Below, piece after piece: positions 47,801 to 54,057 of a DNA stretch of 54,057 nt. The notes beneath the pieces were generated by a model. That model was not told the DNA's origin. It did not search any database and saw only the letters and a program-made list of their open reading frames with translations. The position numbers were made by a program, and so were the translations under genes. How positions within the stretch are numbered: position 1 is the first letter of the stretch; each line of letters begins with the position of its first letter. This DNA is from Klebsormidium nitens (taxonomy: Eukaryota; Plantae; Klebsormidiophyceae), in contig DF237537.1 in the NCBI GenBank assembly GCA_000708835.1, forward strand, positions 1 to 54,057. Reading direction: 5' to 3'.

Positions 47801-49912
47801 TCAGAAGCAGTCGGATTCCGCCTGCTAAATAGGAAGCCTGTACGTAGTTAAACGATCTTGCCCTGTTCGAGCAAGGCCCGTTTACTTTGACTCAGAAACA
47901 TGATCCGATAAGTAGCCACTTCGAATCTCATTGGGTTGGAACGGCTAAACGAAGGGGCAAGGATAACTTGCTGACGTGTCCTTTTTGCCAGGTACCATTT
48001 GCAGTCTACCATTTGCTCAACATCATGGCACTGGGCTTTCTGATGATCTTGTCCTACACTCAGGTACGTAACAGAAACTTTCTGCATCAGACAAAAGCTT
48101 TTTCAAAGTAACCTTCCAGAAAGTAGACGTGAACTTGGATTGAACGGTGTGACCATAAAGTGTGACCATAAAGTTGGTCGAGTCAGAAACACATTAGCGC
48201 CAAAACGTAGCTCCAACGAATTGTTAGCCTTTCCTTTCTCAGAATTAGATTGCCCGCAAAGAAGCTATTCATGTAAGTAGGTTTTCGGTTCCCATGTTGC
48301 TTGATATTTGGAGGAACAAGTCGACCCCTGTTTTGCTGAGGTGAACGGTGTTCGATCTCATAGTTTTAGTCGAAAGGCTGCTACAACGTCCTTGGCCAAG
48401 TATCTGTACCGGTTCAAGGGGCCGTCTTGATTTATGCAAATCAATGAACGTGCTTAAAACGTCTGCATGGTTTTCAAGGCGGATCACATGCAGGAACAGC
48501 ACAATGAACAAAGACCTTGAGCTACACAGGCGAAGCTCGCTAAGACAAACCACCGAGAATAGCGGAAGCTGGACGAGGCAGCCGTTTTCTGTGGTATTTT
48601 GTCCACGCTATCCCACTGTCCCGGGAGCTGATCTTTCCCTCCTGGAAAACAACCGGAAGCCGTTCATCTTCATCACTCAGGAGTTACGAAAGAACTGGTT
48701 TAGGCTGCCAGCTATCAACTTTCTTGGAAGATACAACCCTTGTGTCGGCTAGCGTTCACATTCGCAGTCGGCTTTCTCCTGACAAAGATCGGTGGCCCTT
48801 AGTATTCGCCCGCGAGCTGCGCTAAGAAGGACCTGACAGCGTTCGAACTTCGGTCGTCACGATGCGGGTTAACTAAAGATAGGCTTTGGCACGCCTCGGC
48901 ACAAAATCAGTATATTGTGTCTTGTTTCCAAGGCAGGACTACCTGGACAACCTCGTGCTGGCCTTTCAAACGGTTTAATATGCACCCGCAAGCTTGATCG
49001 CAAACGTCACGCTGGCAGACCCTTCGCTGCTACGTCAGCAACACTTTAAACACGTTCAAAACTTCAAACACGTGTCAAATGGACACGTTTTTCGTTCCTT
49101 TGGCGCAAGTTTTTTTTCGAGCCCATTTTACAGCATCACTTTCATGTTCCTGACGGTTTCTCGCACAAAGGAGTCCGCGAGCTCGCAAACGCGCTGGCCA
49201 TCCTCGTTTGCCGCCACGTCATCAGAAGCTAGCACGTGTCTCCTTTCTCTTGTTTCAGGTGTCTTTGAGCTACTTCTACAGCATCGTGCCAGAACTTTCA
49301 ACGGTTTCTGCACGCTGGGAATTTGCGAGCTCGCGAGACCGCTGGCAGATCTCTTTACTGCCACGTCAGCAAGTACTTGCCAACGCGTGTCTTTGTTCCG
49401 TTCGTTCAGGTGTTTTCGACCTACTTTTACAGCATCATCCCATTGTTTTCTCACGGCTTTTGCACCCTGTGGATCCCGCAAGCTCCCCCTTTCCCTAGTG
49501 CCAGTGCAACCGCAAAATCTGACACGTGTCTTTCCTTCAATGGCAGGTGTTTTGGAGCTACTTTTACAGCATCATCCCAAAGTTTTTTAACGATTTTGTG
49601 CACTTTGTGGATCCGCGACTGGCGAACACGCTCTTGGCAGATCCATTTTCTAGCCCCACGTCAGCAAAAAGCTGACACGTGTCCTTATCCAATTGCCAGG
49701 TGTTTTCGAGCTACTTCTACAGCATCATCCCAATGTTTCTGACGGTTTATTGTACTTTGGGGATCCGCGAGCTTGCGAATGCGCTGGCCGATCCGTTCGG
49801 CAGTGACGACACCGACATTCCGGTCCTGGACTACGTTTCCGGCCTGCACCACACGTGCGACCAGTTAATGACCATTTGGACCGTTCCCAAACCGCAAAAG
49901 GGAGAGGTTTAG
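44839..49912 (+). CDS. Bestrophin / UPF0187-like channel protein, about 405 aa, with one +1 frameshift near 46800-46830; exons 44839-45048, 45594-45883, 46626-46918, 47468-47608, 47992-48063, 49700-49912
   Basis: Motifs RLLFRITGTAAKMVF, LGVLTSFCLVFQMTQCYNR|FFEQY, MP|VPFAVYHLL and ELANALADPFGSDDTDIP fit the bestrophin family. All introns are GT-AG. Exon 3 is 293 nt, one base more than its phases allow. Confidence 0.75.
46440..46503 (+). repeat. Acceptor echo of bestrophin exon 3 that also has a donor (48-nt candidate cassette exon 46456-46503)
   Basis: GGCAG|ATTCTTTGAGCAGTACAAAGCCTGCATCGACGCCATCAACTGCGCTTT|GTACGT versus real TGCAG|GTTTTTCGAGCAGTACAAAGCCTGCATCGGCGCCATAAACTGCGCATT. Confidence 0.85.
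49085..49699 (+). repeat. Four decayed ~150-bp acceptor echoes of the bestrophin last exon
   Basis: Echo starts 49110, 49259, 49410 and 49547 versus real 49700. Shared core ACACGTGTC-pyrimidine tract-CAG|GTGTTTTxGAGCTACTTxTACAGCATCATCC. Confidence 0.93.
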
Positions 49913-52900
49913 GGCGGTGCAAAACTGGGTTATCCAGAATGTTGAAAGGCGCCGCAGACATATAAGACACTGTATGAGAACGTCCCAGACGAATCTTCAC
50001 GGGTAAGTTAAGAGCTTCATTTCGGGTCAGTGAAAAACTTAGGATCACGTGAGTGCGTCAGCTCCAAGACCGGAAGATAAGTAAGATTGCCTCGTTGTAC
50101 AAATACTCTGTGCATGCTATTGAAGAGAACTCTTGTTGGACCTCAGCATGTGGAGTGTAGGCGGGATAAGCAATAATAAGAAAACGTACATAACTCGTAG
50201 GCTGACGGTAGTTTTACCAAGATATCTACATCTAATCCACTTACAGAACCTTGATACGAAAGACTATGCTCAGACTCTTGCATAGCATATCATGGGGAAG
50301 TTGAGAACTTATCACTGCTAAATGACATCATGCGTGTATAAGTCAACGCCGAGAAGGACTGCCTGGGTTGAGACGCAGACTGCACGCTCATCACTGCCTT
50401 AGCAAAGACACTCGGTTAAGAAGCTGATACGAGTACGACTTCACAGCATGCAACCCAGATGTTCTGCAAACTTAGTTTCACTCAAAAGGAGTGCGAGTGA
50501 CTCACGCACTCAAAGCTTGCAATTTCGAAAGCAGAGTCTGAGGTGCGAGATTTCGTGGGGGTCTGGAAGCTGAGGACTAGGATTACATTCTTTTGGGCAC
50601 TCTCTTATCCATTTGCATACATTCCGATGCACGCTTTATGAGCCGCGCCTGTCACAGTTGCGCGTTATTGCATATAGAGAGAGTTGCGCGCTATACTTCG
50701 TTCCTTCGAAAGCTGGAGAGACTCTCAAAGTAGTCGAGTATGGGAAAAATCTCGTTCCTCAATTTCCAATCCACACGACTCAAATCAGTACGTAAGTTGG
50801 TCTGACTTAAACCAGATTGCCCCCAAGTAGACGAACCATATTTGCATGCAGGGTCCGGTCCGACTAGCCGAAGATGGATAAGCAGGCGTCTTCATCACGT
50901 ATACCTTTTGGGCTAAGCCCCATATGTCCAAATGAACTCTTCATCATTGCCAGTGCCTGCCAGTTCATCTCTTTCCGAAGATTCCGTTCCATTTGTATTG
51001 GGTTAGCTAGGGGCCATGCCCTGGGGGACAATCACCCACGTATATTAAGCGGAGGGGCGAAGATCCCCATCGGAAAGCTTGAAGACACCGTCCAATTGAT
51101 TCTTCGTAGCAGTTGACTGGCATACACACAGCTGGAAGAGCTGCCAACGAGAGCAGATTTGCCCGCTTATTATTTGCGGCGCAGAACGTGCTCAATGTTC
51201 AAGCGTCACCGATCGATCCAGCGGATTGGATCACGTGACAAGCAAAGACGTTGATGAGAAGAGACCCCTTAGCAATTAGATTCGGACGTAGTAGGGTGGA
51301 GCTCGGAGCTTTCTGCAAGCAAGATTTGCTGGCTAAGCTCAAAACTGCCCTTCTGACCAAAGAGGTTGATGCGACAAGATACAGAGGATTGCTCATGTGC
51401 AACAAAAGAAGCAAGCTTGGTCTTGAGTATGTCATAGTAGCCAAAAAAGAAGTATGGAACCGGAGTCCGGAACCGGCCAGCGCCCAGCGCCCGCTAGAGT
51501 CATTTGTGCCCACTCGATTGAGCTCGGACGGCAATCAGACCGACGTACATGGTCTGCTTGAGCTGCGAGGCGACTTAGGCGAGGCAGAATCTGGTCATGT
51601 TTCTTCGTGCACGTGCGACGAACCGAGCTGGCCGGTATCTTACCATCTGTCAAGTCGGCAGGCCTTTAACTTTCGTGGCGTTTCAGAGAATTGAACTGTG
51701 GCCAGCTGTTTGGCAAACAGGACGCCAAGAGCTCACATCCTTCACTCCGTGGATGTTGAACAATGGAATATGAAAGCTTCAGCACAATCCTTCTCATGAC
51801 CCGCGCACTAGGCTCAAGCCCACAAAGGTCGTCATAACAGCCCTCAACCCAGTCACAAACCGTCAAAGTCAAGCCGTCTTCTTCTCCAGTGAGACTTTCT
51901 TATCCAGAAAGACTTTCCAGTGAGAAAATAGTGAAGGTAGTACGTCGTCGCGCTCAGTACTTTTTGTCTAACCTTGCAGACTGTAGTCCAAACCCAGGGT
52001 TCCTTTAAAGGCTGTTGTTTTGTGCCTTCAGAACCGATTGAGTCACTCTACAGTCTTGGCGCTCGAGAAAGCTCTCTTTTAGGCCCAGTATCAAAGTATG
52101 CATTAAGATTATCCTGCCTGGTCAAATGCACGCCCCACAAATTGCTGAGACGCACTCAAGATTTTCAAAGCTGCGGAACTTCCGTGGTTGCACGTACGTA
52201 CGACAAATCTAGATTGCGTCAACTTTCACGCAAACGTTCAGTGGCCGATCTGCTCTTTGATTGGATGATCAAACATGAAAAGGCCACCACATGATGGAAC
52301 GAGGAAGCCAAACCCTTCGACACCGGCATCATTCTTGAAAGGCAGTGGGCGGCCGCGCCGCGCAGCTTGGCTGCGCCCAGCAATTTCAGTCTTCACAGCG
52401 GCCACAAAAACGAGCTGAAGTGAGCCGCTCTTGCGTCACCTTGCATATCCTTACGAGCAGCCTCGCTAAAGTGCGGGTGCATGGCGCAAGGAGCCACCGA
52501 ACTAAGACAAAGGCCGACACGGCAATTGACGTTGCTATTTGCCTTCAAATTCCGCCTGAGATTCTGGGCGCTGAGGAGCTCTAGTAGCGAATCGATAGTG
52601 GTAGGTGTGCGTACCGGTCCTTGATAGGCTTTTTGAAAAGAGAGTGGTTCTTTAGAACATCTCTGGTGTACTTGTGAACGGAGCTCGTGCAGGAAAAGAT
52701 ATACCACGTCTGGCATTTAAAAATTAAGCTTTTCGGAAATCTGAACAAATTGAAAACAATTGGCATGGCGTCAGGTATCGCGCTGCAAGCAATTGTGGAG
52801 CATGACTTCAAGGTCGACAGCTGTGTACCGAAGCCAAGAGAAGCGTTTCTTCACTGCCTCCTGCTTAAGACGTCTGATTTTTTACGCAGAATGACGTCAC

Positions 52901-54057
52901 AAAGCGGAGTCTGTTCTGAATTTTGGCTGATGCCCTGTTTTCCCAGTCAAACGGGCGCTGGCGACAGAAGAACCCAAGGAAGAACGTATGTTGAAATGGT
53001 TGCGAAAGATCGTAGACGGTGCAAAACCACGTGGAGTCCTTCAGACTCGGTCACGTTCACAATGAATTAATGATTCATTCACCGGACTGCGGACTTGAAA
53101 CGAGGGATTCCGGTTCCAACCTTTTACGTGATTGCCAAGGCTATCGGTCTTCGTGCGAAACAAATCGGTTTCCAACGCCCAGGTTTTACAGGCAGCTGGG
53201 ATGTGGGCCGACGTATCCTCCTCCAGTTCCGAGTTGTTATGCTCCGTATCCGACCGGAAAGGGAACTTCGATGTTGGATCCAGACACCGCTGAATCGTAG
53301 TCGGAAACTTGGCTGCAGACCCGATTCGTCGAAATTATACTCACTGGAATAAGAAAGAGGCAGTGTTCTCTGGCATCAGATTCAACAGGAACCGGCACAG
53401 TGGGAGAAGCTCAGGAGGGGAATCATCACTGCCTTTCTTTATCAGGGGGCAAAATTAGTTCCAAGTCGCGAGGCCCTTTGTCGTCAAAACGTTTACACGA
53501 GCAAAAATCGAATTTTGCCAATTTCTATGTCCTTAGCAGAGAGGAACTGGGAGCTTTCTAAAGGAGCGGCCCGCAAACCGACGGAACGATGCGTCAAATC
53601 TAGCAAGCTGCACTTGTGTCCGTGAGGCGAGATGCGAGAAGCGAGAGGCGAGATGCGGGATGCAGCTGCATCTCATACTCGAGCCTGAGATCTGAGAGCC
53701 TAGCTGACCCTTTCTTTGCCTTAACACAGCCAGGCCGACCGTTACATTGAGCACATCTCCTCAGATTCCGTGAGAAAGTGGAGCTTCGTTCAAATTAAAC
53801 CTAGCACACAAATTTTAGATCATCAATCGTCCACAGCGAGGATGGTCTCTAACCCATGCAACGTCGGTGTTGTGGAATGTCAAAATTACGGGTGCTCGCT
53901 TCGTTGCTCGGGTTGTCAAAAGAACGCCCAGAATCACAAAAACCCCAGGACTACGCGGCTACTGCGCACCAAGAATGGAAAAGCAGAAGCTTTTTGTACC
54001 AAAGCCCGAGAAACGATGCGGGATCAGAGCCGATTTGTAACTGTTGAGAATCACTGG

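Noticed and set aside
4568-49742. Many listed ORFs (e.g. 4568-4921, 7008-7265, 21033-21605, 36885-37292, 45477-45758, 48994-49590)
   Set aside because: They are antisense or alternative-frame shadows of real exons, or by-products of the echo arrays.

Overview
Eukaryotic, intron-rich nuclear DNA (GT-AG introns, CTGAC/CTAAC branch points). The gene content suggests a flagellate-stage streptophyte green alga such as Klebsormidium; this is an inference. I reconstructed six spliced genes or partial genes by hand, plus a frameshifted paralog. They are: a partial Cys + Pro/Thr-rich protein (+); an intact 7-exon CCDC113/CFAP263 cilia gene (-); two paralogous degenerate PPR-like proteins (+), the second with a frameshift; an atypical CYP74-like cytochrome P450 (-); a CYP71-clan (A-type) P450 with several lesions (-); and a bestrophin/UPF0187-like channel with a +1 frameshift (+). 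Non-coding elements include three TA-flanked MITEs, a 780-bp CACTA-like element carrying a tRNA-like cassette, and a 48-bp near-perfect hairpin. The main finding is that at least 12 introns in four unrelated genes contain tandem arrays of decayed copies of the adjacent exon/intron junction (about 40 'junction echoes', spaced about 75-200 bp, one gap about 265 bp). The echoes always lie on the intron side, and most retain AG or GT and branch motifs. Two echoes have acquired both splice sites and look like nascent cassette exons. The last 4 kb (about 50,000-54,057) could not be annotated.
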